Shown: positions 29,084-39,006 of the stretch, one piece after another | Layout: each line of letters begins with the position of its first letter | Position numbering within the stretch: position 1 is the stretch's first letter | Source of the DNA: an uncultured Bacilli bacterium | GTDB taxonomy: Bacteria > Bacillota_I > Bacilli_A > RF39 > UBA660 | Length of the DNA stretch: 50,031 bases | Direction of reading: 5' to 3' | Assembly: GCA_947630575.1 (NCBI GenBank) | Contig: CANRIB010000006.1 | Coordinates: 1-50,031, forward strand | Position numbers and translations under genes: made by a program | The notes under the pieces: model-generated | The model's database searches: none | What the model was told of the DNA's origin: nothing | What the model saw: only the letters and a program-made list of their open reading frames with translations

Positions 29084-31264
29084 ATGTATGCTAAATGTCT
29101 TATTGAATATCCCGTTAAAACCCTAGATAAAACTTTTACTTATAAAATACCTTCTAATTTAATAGACAAAATCAAAGTAGGCATGAAAGTTTTAGTGCCA
29201 TTTAATAATCGTTTAGTTCATGGTTTTGTTCTTGATATTACCGATAATTACAGTGATTCTTATGAATTAAAAGAAATTTCTACAATTGAAGATGAATTTT
29301 TAATTTTAAATCATGAATTACTTGAATTAGGCAAGTATTTAAAGGATTGTACTTTATGTAATTTAATCACAGCCTATCAAACGATGCTTCCAAGCGCGTT
29401 AAAAATAAAAGATCAAAAAAATAATTATGACAAATATGAAAAATATGTTTTTTTAAACGAAGATAATCCTTTATTAAATAGTTATATTTCTACCCATAAA
29501 GGTCAAAAAGTAGATATATTAAAAAGACTCTTAGAAGAAAAAAAAGTTTTAAAAAAAGAATTTAATTATGCGAGTTTAAAAGAACTAGAAAAAGAAAATT
29601 TAATTAAAATTATACCTGAAAAAGTTTATCGTTTAAATAATAATTCAGAAAAATTACCGGAAAAAAAATTAACTATGGAGCAACAAGCTGTATTTGATTC
29701 TATTTGTAAGAGCTTTAATGAAACCAAAACCTTTTTAATTCATGGAGTAACTGGATCTGGGAAAACTTTTATTTATATTAACTTAATCAAAGAAGTTTTA
29801 AAAAATGGTAAGTCAGCTTTATTATTAGTCCCAGAGATTAGTTTAACAGAACAAATAATAAATATTTTTTATGCTTATTTTGGTTCTAATGTTGCTATTT
29901 TGCATTCTGGTTTATCTAAAACTGAAAAATATGACGAATATCTAAAAATTTTAAATAAAGAAACAAGAATTGTAATTGGGACTCGCAGTGCTGTTTTTGC
30001 TCCTTTAACTAATTTAGGTATAATTATTGTTGATGAAGAACACAGTGATACTTACAAACAAGATAATAATCCTAAATATCATGCTTTAGATATGGCTAAA
30101 TTTCGCAGTAACTATCATCATTGTCCCTTAGTTTTAGGAAGTGCCACCCCAAGCTTGGAATCTATGGCTCGGGCGGAAAAAGGGGTCTATACTTTACTTA
30201 CATTAAAAAATCGCGTTAATAATCAAATATTGCCAACCAATATAATTGTTGATATGAAAGAGGAGCTAAAAAAAAGAAATTTCATTATTAGTGAAGAACT
30301 AGATAAAAGCATTAAAGAAACCTTAAAAAATGATGAACAAGTAATTTTATTACTAAATAGAAGGGGATTTTCTACAGTTATTACTTGCAGCAACTGTGGC
30401 TTTACCTATAAATGTCCTCACTGTGAAATATCTTTAACATATCATAAAAGCTCTAATGTTTTAAGATGTCATTACTGTGGTTTTACAAAACTAAAAGATG
30501 ATATATGCCCTAATTGTCATGAAAAAGGTTTAAACTATCTAGGCATGGGTACCGAAAAACTAGAAAATATAATTACTGAAAAATATCCAACGGCTAAAGT
30601 TATTCGTATGGATGCCGACACCACCACCAAAAAAGGTGCTCACGATAAAATAATTAAATCTTTTCGCAACAAAGAATATAACATTTTAATTGGTACTCAG
30701 ATGATTAGCAAAGGTCTAGACTTTCCTGATTGTACTTTAGTTGGTATTATTAATGCTGATACTACTTTAAATATTCCTGATTTCCGGAGCAGTGAAAGAA
30801 CTTTTGCTCTCCTCCATCAAGCATCAGGCAGGGCAGGACGTAGTACTAAAAAAGGCAAAGTGATTATTCAAACATTTAATCCTGATAATCGCACCATTAT
30901 TAATGTATCTTTAAATAATTATCTAAAATTTTATCATGAAGAAATGCAAATAAGAAGATTATTAAAATATCCCCCATATTATTATTTAGTAAATATTAAA
31001 GTTTGCAGCAAAGATTATACTAAAGCAAGTACCAATGCTACCAAAGTTTTAAACTATCTTAAGAGTAATCTCGATAATAACTGTTTATTATTAGGACCAT
31101 CAACTGCTTTAAATTTCAAACTAAAAAATATCTTTCGCTTTAATATTACTATAAAATACAAAACCGCAGAGAAACTTAAACCCATCGTGAAAGAATTAGA
31201 TAATATCTTTGCCAATAATAAAGAAGTTTTTTTAGAAATAGATTTTAATCCTTTACAATTATAA
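29084..31264 (+). CDS. priA: Primosomal protein N' helicase
   Basis: GVTGSGKT, LVPEISLT, DEEH, SATPS, four CxxC pairs, GTQMISKG.DFP, QASGRAGR. Confidence 0.97.
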   Translation: MYAKCLIEYPVKTLDKTFTYKIPSNLIDKIKVGMKVLVPFNNRLVHGFVLDITDNYSDSYELKEISTIEDEFLILNHELLELGKYLKDCTLCNLITAYQTMLPSALKIKDQKNNYDKYEKYVFLNEDNPLLNSYISTHKGQKVDILKRLLEEKKVLKKEFNYASLKELEKENLIKIIPEKVYRLNNNSEKLPEKKLTMEQQAVFDSICKSFNETKTFLIHGVTGSGKTFIYINLIKEVLKNGKSALLLVPEISLTEQIINIFYAYFGSNVAILHSGLSKTEKYDEYLKILNKETRIVIGTRSAVFAPLTNLGIIIVDEEHSDTYKQDNNPKYHALDMAKFRSNYHHCPLVLGSATPSLESMARAEKGVYTLLTLKNRVNNQILPTNIIVDMKEELKKRNFIISEELDKSIKETLKNDEQVILLLNRRGFSTVITCSNCGFTYKCPHCEISLTYHKSSNVLRCHYCGFTKLKDDICPNCHEKGLNYLGMGTEKLENIITEKYPTAKVIRMDADTTTKKGAHDKIIKSFRNKEYNILIGTQMISKGLDFPDCTLVGIINADTTLNIPDFRSSERTFALLHQASGRAGRSTKKGKVIIQTFNPDNRTIINVSLNNYLKFYHEEMQIRRLLKYPPYYYLVNIKVCSKDYTKASTNATKVLNYLKSNLDNNCLLLGPSTALNFKLKNIFRFNITIKYKTAEKLKPIVKELDNIFANNKEVFLEIDFNPLQL

Positions 31265-31272
31265 CTAATCTT

Positions 31273-31320
31273 GTATAAAAAAAGCTCTTTTTACCCATAA
31301 ATAAAGGGAAAGGAGTTTTT
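31273..31320 (+). promoter_or_regulatory. Forespore-sigma-like promoter overlapping an RBS-sequestering hairpin
   Basis: GTATA-18-CATAAAT; arms 31280-96 and 31306-20 pair and include the SD AAAGGAG. Confidence 0.55.
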
Positions 31321-31322
31321 AA

Positions 31323-32099
31323 ATGGCCAGATATAAAGTAGATATAACAGGTATTAATACTAATGAATTAAAAGTTTTAACTAGTGAAGAAACAATTAAA
31401 TTATTTGAAAGGTTTCATGCTGGGGACCAATTAGCTAAAGAAGAATTAATAAATGGTAATTTAAAATTAGTTTTAAGTATTTTAAGAAGTTTTAATAAAG
31501 GCAATTATAATATGGATGACTTATTTCAAGTGGGAGTGATTGGTTTAATTAAAGCGATTGACAACTTTGATTTATCATATAATTTAAAATTATCAACATA
31601 TGCTGTACCCTTAATTTTAGGCGAAATAAAGCGCTTTATAAGAGATAACACTAGCATCAGGGTAAGTCGCAGCATTAAAGATCTTGCCTATAGTATTATT
31701 AACTTTAAAGAATCATATTTTAATAAATATGGAATTGAACCGACCAATGAAGAAATTAGTAAAGAACTATCTATTCCAGAATATAAAATTGCTAATGCTC
31801 TCGATTCTCTAAAAGAACCCATGAGTATATATGAACCTATTTATAATGATGGAGGAGATACCATTTATTTAATGGATCAACTAGCCGATAAAAAAGAATT
31901 AAACAGTGATAAAGATTTACTCATATCTCTTAATCGTGGCTTAAACAAAATAAAAGCCCGTGAAAAAGAAATATTAATGGAAAGATATATTGTTGGTAAA
32001 ACGCAAATGGAAATTGCCGAAGCTCTAAACATTAGTCAAGCCCAAGTATCAAGAATTGAAAAAAATGCTATATTAAGCTTAAAAAGGATGATTAAATAA
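31323..32099 (+). CDS. sigG: Sporulation sigma factor SigG
   Basis: SigG-typical N-terminus 'KVDITGINT..L.VL', 'GNLKLVLS', 'DDLFQVG.IGL.KAIDNFD', 'EPIYNDGGDTIYLMDQ', 'ISQAQVSR.EK'. Confidence 0.93.
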   Translation: MARYKVDITGINTNELKVLTSEETIKLFERFHAGDQLAKEELINGNLKLVLSILRSFNKGNYNMDDLFQVGVIGLIKAIDNFDLSYNLKLSTYAVPLILGEIKRFIRDNTSIRVSRSIKDLAYSIINFKESYFNKYGIEPTNEEISKELSIPEYKIANALDSLKEPMSIYEPIYNDGGDTIYLMDQLADKKELNSDKDLLISLNRGLNKIKAREKEILMERYIVGKTQMEIAEALNISQAQVSRIEKNAILSLKRMIK

Positions 32100-32217
32100 T
32101 TATTTAATAAAATTAGTAAAAATATTATACTAATAAATTAATGATTTACAACTTCATCAATTTACTAATCAGTATTATACGTGTTATAATGAACTTGAAA
32201 GGAAATAATTACTTAAT

Positions 32218-33207
32218 ATGAATAAAATTATTATATTTAGTCATGAAAGTGATATTGATGGTATGGGTTCAATTATTTTAGGCAAATTAGCTTTTAAAAA
32301 TATTGCTTATCAATTATTACCCAATCCAGAAAGTTTAGAATTAACTTTTAGAAAATTATTGACGGAACAAAAATTATTATCATATAACCAAATATATATT
32401 ACTGATTTAGCATTAAGAAATCCTTCTTTAGAAATGGTTGCCAATTCTTCTTTAAAAGACAAAGTTTTAATTTTTGACCATCACCAAAGATCAATTGATG
32501 AAAAATTAAATATTTATCCTTTTACCCAAATAATAGAAGAAGACCAAAATGGTAAAAAATGTGGTACTGAATTATTTTATGAATATTTAATTCAGCATAA
32601 TTTAATTACAAATACCCCTATAATTAAAGATTTTGTTGAATTAACGCGTCTAGAAGATACTTGGGAATGGCAAAATAAGGGCAAATTTGGTATTATGGCT
32701 CATGATTTAGCTATTTATTTTAATATTGTAGGACCTGAAGCTTATATTTCTAATATCACAACTAAACTTAAGGATTCTAAAGAAAGGTTTACTTTTACTT
32801 TCGAAGAACAAAATCAAATTAACGAAAAGAAAGCTCAAACCCTCAAAGTATTAAATGATTTATTAAAAGAAATTGTCTATTTTAAAGATGAGTTTAATAA
32901 CAAATTTGGCATAGTATATGCTAAATATGAATATCGTAATGATTTACCAGAATATATTCGTACTATAAATAATCCTGAAAATATTAAATATTTAATTATT
33001 GTGGCCTTAGATAAAGGGGAAAATGGTCAAAAATCATATCGAACTATAACTGATGGTTTTGATGTAAATCATATTGCCAAAAATCATGGCGGCGGTGGCC
33101 ACAAAAGTGCCGCGGCAGTTAATATTACTTTAAACCAAAAAAGTGAATCGCAAAAATTATCTAAAGAAGAGAGCTTAAAATATCTTGCAGAATGTAAGTA
33201 TACCTAA
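32218..33207 (+). CDS. DHH/DHHA1 phosphoesterase (NrnB/oligoribonuclease-like)
   Basis: SH.SDIDG, ITDL, FDHH, GGGGH..AA. Confidence 0.85.
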   Translation: MNKIIIFSHESDIDGMGSIILGKLAFKNIAYQLLPNPESLELTFRKLLTEQKLLSYNQIYITDLALRNPSLEMVANSSLKDKVLIFDHHQRSIDEKLNIYPFTQIIEEDQNGKKCGTELFYEYLIQHNLITNTPIIKDFVELTRLEDTWEWQNKGKFGIMAHDLAIYFNIVGPEAYISNITTKLKDSKERFTFTFEEQNQINEKKAQTLKVLNDLLKEIVYFKDEFNNKFGIVYAKYEYRNDLPEYIRTINNPENIKYLIIVALDKGENGQKSYRTITDGFDVNHIAKNHGGGGHKSAAAVNITLNQKSESQKLSKEESLKYLAECKYT

Positions 33208-33277
33208 AAAATATCAAAAATTATCTAAATTTGATGTTTTTTTAATATTTAAACGTATAATTAATTAGGTGAAATAT

Positions 33278-33502
33278 ATGCGTTTAAGTGAATTGCAACT
33301 AAAAATGGTAATCAATGTCCAAGATGGTAAACATTTAGGAGTTATAATTGATGCTGAAGTTACTGAAAATGGCGAAATAAATTATTTTGTAGTCGCTCCT
33401 CGTCATTTTTTTAGAAGATTATTTAAAAGTGACCCCGAAACTAACATAACTATTAAACAAATTGTCAAAATCGGGGAAGATGTCATTTTAGTAGATTTAT
33501 AA
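33278..33502 (+). CDS. ylmC: YlmC/YmxH PRC-barrel sporulation protein
   Basis: 'MRLSELQ.K.VINV.DG..LG.I.D.E', 'I.KIGEDVILV'; ATG 33278 after AGGTGA. Confidence 0.88.
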   Translation: MRLSELQLKMVINVQDGKHLGVIIDAEVTENGEINYFVVAPRHFFRRLFKSDPETNITIKQIVKIGEDVILVDL

Positions 33503-33555
33503 ATCTTTCTCTTTTGTCATTTTTATTTTTATGATACAATTATATTGGTGATTTT

Positions 33556-34020
33556 ATGAGCAAAAAAACATTTATTATCGCGATAATCATTTTAATTATT
33601 GACCAATTATCTAAAAGCATAATTGAAATATATATTCCTTTAAATGAAAGTTTAACTATTTTTAAAGGCTTTTCTTTAACTGTAGTCCACAATTTTGGTG
33701 GAGCATGGAGTATATTTGCTAATATGAGTTATCTTTTTATATTATTTTCTATTATAAGTTTAATTTTCTTAATTCGTTTTATGTTCAGTTTTAAAAATAA
33801 TATTCGTAATAATATTGCTTTTGCTCTAACTACCGGGGGGATAATATCTAATCTCGCAGATCGTTTATTTCTAGGCTATGTAAGAGATTTTTTAGATTTC
33901 ACCATTTTTGGTTATGATTATCCAATTTTTAATATTGCCGATGTATCTATTGTTTTAGGGGTAATACTTTTAATATACGCGATAATAAAAGGAGAAGATA
34001 AAAATGTTAAAAATAATTAG
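33556..34020 (+). CDS. lspA: Lipoprotein signal peptidase
   Basis: DQLSK, N.GGAWS, GG..SNL.DR, V.DF, FNIAD. Confidence 0.95.
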   Translation: MSKKTFIIAIIILIIDQLSKSIIEIYIPLNESLTIFKGFSLTVVHNFGGAWSIFANMSYLFILFSIISLIFLIRFMFSFKNNIRNNIAFALTTGGIISNLADRLFLGYVRDFLDFTIFGYDYPIFNIADVSIVLGVILLIYAIIKGEDKNVKNN

Positions 34021-34897
34021 TACTAAAGAAAATATTCGCCTAGATAAATATCTAAGTGAAAATACTGAATATTCTCGTGAATTAATTCAAAAAATGATAA
34101 CCCAAGAACTAATTAAAGTAAACAATAAAAAAACTAAAGCTAGTTATAAATTAGCTTTAAATGATGAAATTACTCTTAATGAAGAAAATATAAATAATAC
34201 TCCTGAAATTAAAGCCACTCCCATGAAACTTGATATAGTCTATGAAGATGAATATTTAATGATTATTAATAAACCCAGTGGCCTAGTAGTCCATCCAGGA
34301 AATGGCAATTATGATAATACTTTAGTTAATGGTCTTATGTATTACACTAAAAATTTAAGTGATATAAATGGTGAAATACGTCCAGGCATTGTCCACCGCA
34401 TTGATAAAGATACCAGTGGTCTTATTATGATTGCTAAAACTAATAAAGTTCATGAATTACTAGCCGATGATTTTAAACACAAACGGATAAAAAGAGAATA
34501 TATTGCTCTTTTAAATGGCGTTTTTAAAAATAGTGGAGCCACCATTGATGCTCCAATCGGTAGAGATAAAAAAAACAGAGAAAAAATGACTGTTACAGCC
34601 GATAATAGCAAAAATGCCATTACGCATATGCAAGTTTTAAAAAGATATCCTAATCATACTTTAGTAAGCTGCATTTTAGAAACCGGACGTACCCATCAAA
34701 TTCGTGTTCATATGGCCTACATTGGCTATCCAATTCATAATGATCCGGTCTATTCTCATGATAATGCGACTTCTTTTGGTCAATTTCTTCACTCTTACAA
34801 AATGAACTTTATTCACCCTATAACTAAAAAAGAAATGGAGTTTGTCTGTCCACTTCCTAAATATTTCACGGATTATTTAAAAGAAATTGCCGAATAA
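34004..34897 (+). CDS. rluD: RluD/RluA-family 23S pseudouridine synthase with S4 domain
   Basis: RLDKYL, NKPSGLVVHPG, RPGIVHRIDKDTSG, LETGRTHQIRVH. Confidence 0.92.
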   Translation: MLKIISTKENIRLDKYLSENTEYSRELIQKMITQELIKVNNKKTKASYKLALNDEITLNEENINNTPEIKATPMKLDIVYEDEYLMIINKPSGLVVHPGNGNYDNTLVNGLMYYTKNLSDINGEIRPGIVHRIDKDTSGLIMIAKTNKVHELLADDFKHKRIKREYIALLNGVFKNSGATIDAPIGRDKKNREKMTVTADNSKNAITHMQVLKRYPNHTLVSCILETGRTHQIRVHMAYIGYPIHNDPVYSHDNATSFGQFLHSYKMNFIHPITKKEMEFVCPLPKYFTDYLKEIAE

Positions 34898-34898
34898 T

Positions 34899-35216
34899 TT
34901 AAAGGCATAACCCAATCATAAATCCTCCAATATAGCTTGTAATTAAAAAATAAATAATAGGTAATATTTTAGTTTTATGAAATATTTCTTTTATTTTAAG
35001 ATTATACCATAAAGCACTAATAAATAATAATAAACTAATTACTAAACTATAAATATTATCTTTAAAATATAGATAATAAAGAGGAAGAATTATTAAAAAA
35101 ATAAAGTTAATAATTATTACAAATAAATTATCACAATTAATATTATAATGATAAATAAAATAGTAAATAGTTATTAAAATTAAGTAAATAAATGTTAAGT
35201 AAAACAGGTAAGACAT
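34899..35216 (-). CDS. Small hydrophobic membrane protein, weakly TspO-like
   Basis: About 4 TM stretches; GAGGTGA SD. Confidence 0.55.
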   Translation of the reverse strand: MSYLFYLTFIYLILITIYYFIYHYNINCDNLFVIIINFIFLIILPLYYLYFKDNIYSLVISLLLFISALWYNLKIKEIFHKTKILPIIYFLITSYIGGFMIGLCL

Positions 35217-35269
35217 TAAATCACCTCTTTACTAAATATATGTTTTATTATAAAATATAAGTACTCGAG

Positions 35270-36427
35270 GTGAGTAAAATGAATTATAGTATAATGAACA
35301 AAAATGATGAAATAGTTATGGCTTTAGTCCATTATTTTATCACAGAAGAAAATTATAGTCCCATTGTTGTAAAGGGTGTTAAAGATGAAATATGGCTTGA
35401 AAACCTTGATGGTCCATATCGTATCATAAGAATAAACTCTAAAGAAATATATAATGATGAACAATATAAAGTAGATGTTTTTAGAACTGCTCGTGTTGTT
35501 GAGCAAATTAAGAAAAAAACTCTATCATTAAAAGTAAATACTTTAAATATTCTTTTAAATGTTTCTGACAATGTTAAAAATAAAGAGAATCCCAAAAATA
35601 TTTTTTCTTTAATATTATCTGATGTTAGTGAAATAACTAAAGATAAAGATATGTTAGAATTATTTCCTAAATTAAAAAACAAATTATTAAAAGATAAAGA
35701 GGGAATAGACCTTATTGTCAGTGTTACCAATGATATTAATGCGAAAACAATTCGTGATAATGAAACTTTTACCAAAATATTTAGTCCTAAAAAAATTATT
35801 GTAACTCCAATTTTAATTGGTATTTGCCTTCTTGCTTTTATTGCTATGTATATTTTTGGTAATGGCAGTGAAAATACCATGACTTTAGTTATGTTTGGTG
35901 CCAATGTCCAAAGTTTAGTTAAACAAGGAGAGATATGGCGACTTTTAACATCTATATTCTTACATATAGGTATCATTCATTTATTAGTTAATATGTATGC
36001 ATTATATGTAATTGGTCATCAATTAGAAAGTTTTTTAGGCAAATTTAAATATTTAATAGTCTTTTTAGTAAGTGGCATCGTTGGTTCTTTACTATCTGTT
36101 GTTATTCATGAAAGTGTTTCTGCTGGTGCCAGTGGAGCTATTTTTGGCCTTTTAGGTTCTTTATTATATTTTGGTTATCATTATCGTCTTTATTTAGGAA
36201 CTGTTTTAAGAACTCAAATAATCCCAGTTATTCTTCTTAATTTAATAATAGGTTTTATGCTCCCAGGAATTGATAATTTTGCTCATATAGGTGGTTTAAT
36301 CGGCGGTTATTTAATTACTATGGCTCTAGGAGTTCCGGGAAAAACTAAAAAAAGTGATCAAATAAATGGCACAATAGTCTTACTTTTATTAATTGGTTTC
36401 TTAAGCTTTATGCTTTTTTGGTACTAG
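35270..36427 (+). CDS. Rhomboid intramembrane serine protease (GluP/YqgP-like)
   Basis: WRLLTSIFLH.G..HL..NM, GASG, AHIGG; long soluble N-terminal domain. Confidence 0.92.
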   Translation: MSKMNYSIMNKNDEIVMALVHYFITEENYSPIVVKGVKDEIWLENLDGPYRIIRINSKEIYNDEQYKVDVFRTARVVEQIKKKTLSLKVNTLNILLNVSDNVKNKENPKNIFSLILSDVSEITKDKDMLELFPKLKNKLLKDKEGIDLIVSVTNDINAKTIRDNETFTKIFSPKKIIVTPILIGICLLAFIAMYIFGNGSENTMTLVMFGANVQSLVKQGEIWRLLTSIFLHIGIIHLLVNMYALYVIGHQLESFLGKFKYLIVFLVSGIVGSLLSVVIHESVSAGASGAIFGLLGSLLYFGYHYRLYLGTVLRTQIIPVILLNLIIGFMLPGIDNFAHIGGLIGGYLITMALGVPGKTKKSDQINGTIVLLLLIGFLSFMLFWY

Positions 36428-36430
36428 TAT

Positions 36431-37144
36431 ATGGAAAGATTACAAAAAGTTATTGCTAGTTCTGGCCTCACTTCTCGTCGTAAAGCAGAAGAATTAATAA
36501 GTGCTGGAAAAGTAAGAGTAAATGGTCAAATAATAAAAGAGCTTGGAACAAAAGTTGAATTTAATGATATAATTGAAGTTAATGGTAAAACTATTTCTAA
36601 AGATATTCCTAAAGTATATTATTTATTAAATAAACCTTTTGGCGTTATAACTAGTACTAAAGATGAAAAAAATCGTAAGACAGTTATAGATTTAATTCCA
36701 ACTTCCGAAAGAATTTATCCTGTCGGTCGTCTAGATTATGATACTACTGGTTTATTAATTTTAACCAATGATGGCGAACTTACTAATCTTTTAATGCATC
36801 CTAAAAACAATATTCCCAAAACTTATTTAGCTAAAATAAAAGGGGTTTTAACTAAAGATGATATTGATAGATTAAAAAATGGTATTATAATTGATGATCG
36901 TAAAGTAGATACGTCTAACTTTAAAATAAAAGATAAAGATTTCAAAGAAGACACTTCTTTAATTGAAATAACTATCCATGAAGGAAGAAATCATATTGTA
37001 AAAAAAATCTTCGCATATTTAAATCATCCTGTATTAAGACTTAAAAGAACCAAAATTGCTTTTCTTGATTTAACTGATTTACCCATAGGTTCTTATCGTA
37101 AATTAAAAATAAAAGAAATAAAAAAACTATATAGTTTAAAATAA
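36431..37144 (+). CDS. rluB: RluB/RsuA-family pseudouridine synthase
   Basis: MERLQKVIA..G..SRRKAEELI, YPVGRLDYDTTG, EGRNH.VK. Confidence 0.9.
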   Translation: MERLQKVIASSGLTSRRKAEELISAGKVRVNGQIIKELGTKVEFNDIIEVNGKTISKDIPKVYYLLNKPFGVITSTKDEKNRKTVIDLIPTSERIYPVGRLDYDTTGLLILTNDGELTNLLMHPKNNIPKTYLAKIKGVLTKDDIDRLKNGIIIDDRKVDTSNFKIKDKDFKEDTSLIEITIHEGRNHIVKKIFAYLNHPVLRLKRTKIAFLDLTDLPIGSYRKLKIKEIKKLYSLK

Positions 37145-37268
37145 GCATTTATCATGATGGTTTTTTATTAAATATAAAATTGACAATTTATTAAAAAATT
37201 AAAATAAAGTAATTGTAAAATAAATTACAATATGATAAGCTTAATATATATATAATTGGAGGTAAAAT

Positions 37269-38924
37269 ATGAGTGTAACTGATGTAAATGTTCCCAAAGC
37301 TAGAAATTATATTGAAAAAATTCAAAAATATAAACAATATTATACTAATAAACAATATGATTTTAGTCGTCCATCATACTATGGACATAGCTATGATTTA
37401 AATAGATATTTAGCTAAAATTTATAAAAAATATCAAGACATTACTGCAAATTTAGACAATATAAAAAATTATGTTGAAGAATATGTTGATGATGTCGAAG
37501 CAGTTGAAAAATTGAGTATAGGAGAAACAGGAAGTATTCATGATATTGATGTCAAAACCAAAGTAATAAATTATAAAGATGTTTTAAAATCTTTTAAAAT
37601 GCAAGATAATAGACTATTTCAAAATGCTAAACAAGTTACAACTATTGCCGATGTAGTTACACAAAGTATATGGGGCTTTAACTCTAAAAAAGATACTAAA
37701 ACTAGTGAAAACAATAATGTCAAAAAAGAAACAATTGCCGAAGAAGCTAATTTAACATCTGCATCAGTTTCAAAAAATACAGTAAAACCCGAAAAAACAC
37801 ATACAAACAGAACCACAGGAAATGCTACAACTACTGAAACTCTTAATTCTACTGTTAGTAAAGAAACTGAAAATACAGTTGAAAATATTGCTCCACCAGC
37901 AGAAACTACTCCAGAAAATACAACAACTACACCAGTATTCTCTGAAGAAGAAATTCGTAAGGCTAATTCTGAACAAGCCCTAAAAAATATTGAAGAAGCC
38001 ATTTTAGCTATGATAAGTCGAAATCCTCGTCTTGGTGATATTCTAGAATCTGTAAAAAAAGGCGAAGTTGTAGATTTAACTAAAGAACAAAAAAAGGTTC
38101 AAAATGATTATAATCGTGTAAAAGAATTATATGATATGTATAATGAAACATATCCTGAATATAAAATAGAAACATATGTTGATAAACCAACTGCCGAAAC
38201 ACCAATCCCCGAAGAACCAATAAACGAACAAGTACAGGAATCATTTTCTAAAGAAAGTTTGCAACAAGCAACAAGCTTATTAGCCGCTTTAGTTGGAACT
38301 CCAGGCTTAAGAGCAATGCTAAGTGCTTTGCAATTAGGTTTAAATATTGATTTAAAAGATGTTCCTCTAGAAGCTCAAAATGCCTTAAAAAAAGTACAAG
38401 AAATATGTAAAGAAAAAGGCATGTCATTGCAAGAAGTTTTAAATAATAGCCTTCAGGAAACAAATATTTACGAATCAAGTGCTAATATTACTAGATTAGA
38501 AGCTGATGCTGATTTTCTTGAATATACTGATGAAATTGAAATATATCCACTTGCATTTTTCTCTGTCAATAATGAATATTTTGTCGATAAAAATATAAGC
38601 TTAGTTCAATATTTAAATCGTATTGATGCTAAAATAGACAATTACCCAGATCTTTCAAATGGTTTATTTGATTTAGAATTTGATGAACCACTTCCTGTCA
38701 TCGCGTGCCTTTTATATACTAAAGGTCGTGAATTAAGAAGACAACCTGATATTAATCCAGAACTTGCTGAAAATATTACAAGTTGTGAATCATTTGATGA
38801 AAATAATGATGTTGTAATAGAAGATTTAGAAAAATTAGAAGAGTTAGTATCTCCATATCTAACAGATAATGAAAAACGTTATATAGATATCCTTAAAAAT
38901 ACTTCAAATAGTGAAACTGCCTAA
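37269..38924 (+). CDS. Hypothetical 551-aa protein, candidate T7SS substrate
   Basis: No signal peptide or TM; helical N-terminal ~85 aa; T/E/P-rich linkers; duplicated helical module; GGAGGT SD and its own terminator. Confidence 0.7.
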   Translation: MSVTDVNVPKARNYIEKIQKYKQYYTNKQYDFSRPSYYGHSYDLNRYLAKIYKKYQDITANLDNIKNYVEEYVDDVEAVEKLSIGETGSIHDIDVKTKVINYKDVLKSFKMQDNRLFQNAKQVTTIADVVTQSIWGFNSKKDTKTSENNNVKKETIAEEANLTSASVSKNTVKPEKTHTNRTTGNATTTETLNSTVSKETENTVENIAPPAETTPENTTTTPVFSEEEIRKANSEQALKNIEEAILAMISRNPRLGDILESVKKGEVVDLTKEQKKVQNDYNRVKELYDMYNETYPEYKIETYVDKPTAETPIPEEPINEQVQESFSKESLQQATSLLAALVGTPGLRAMLSALQLGLNIDLKDVPLEAQNALKKVQEICKEKGMSLQEVLNNSLQETNIYESSANITRLEADADFLEYTDEIEIYPLAFFSVNNEYFVDKNISLVQYLNRIDAKIDNYPDLSNGLFDLEFDEPLPVIACLLYTKGRELRRQPDINPELAENITSCESFDENNDVVIEDLEKLEELVSPYLTDNEKRYIDILKNTSNSETA

Positions 38925-38952
38925 AGCATAACCTATAAAGTTATGCTTTTTC
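38923..38952 (+). terminator. Intrinsic terminator
   Basis: AAAGCATAAC-ctataaa-GTTATGCTTT-TT. Confidence 0.75.
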
Positions 38953-39006
38953 TATTTTCTTTTAAAATAAATCATGTTATAATTACTATCATAGAAGGTG
39001 AGTACT

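Noticed and set aside
37170-37245. Shared upstream motifs (TAAAATTGAC, TAAAATAAAGTA) with 44130-44165 as a T7SS regulon box
   Set aside because: The matches are almost entirely A/T and overlap -35 elements, so they cannot be told from background without statistics.
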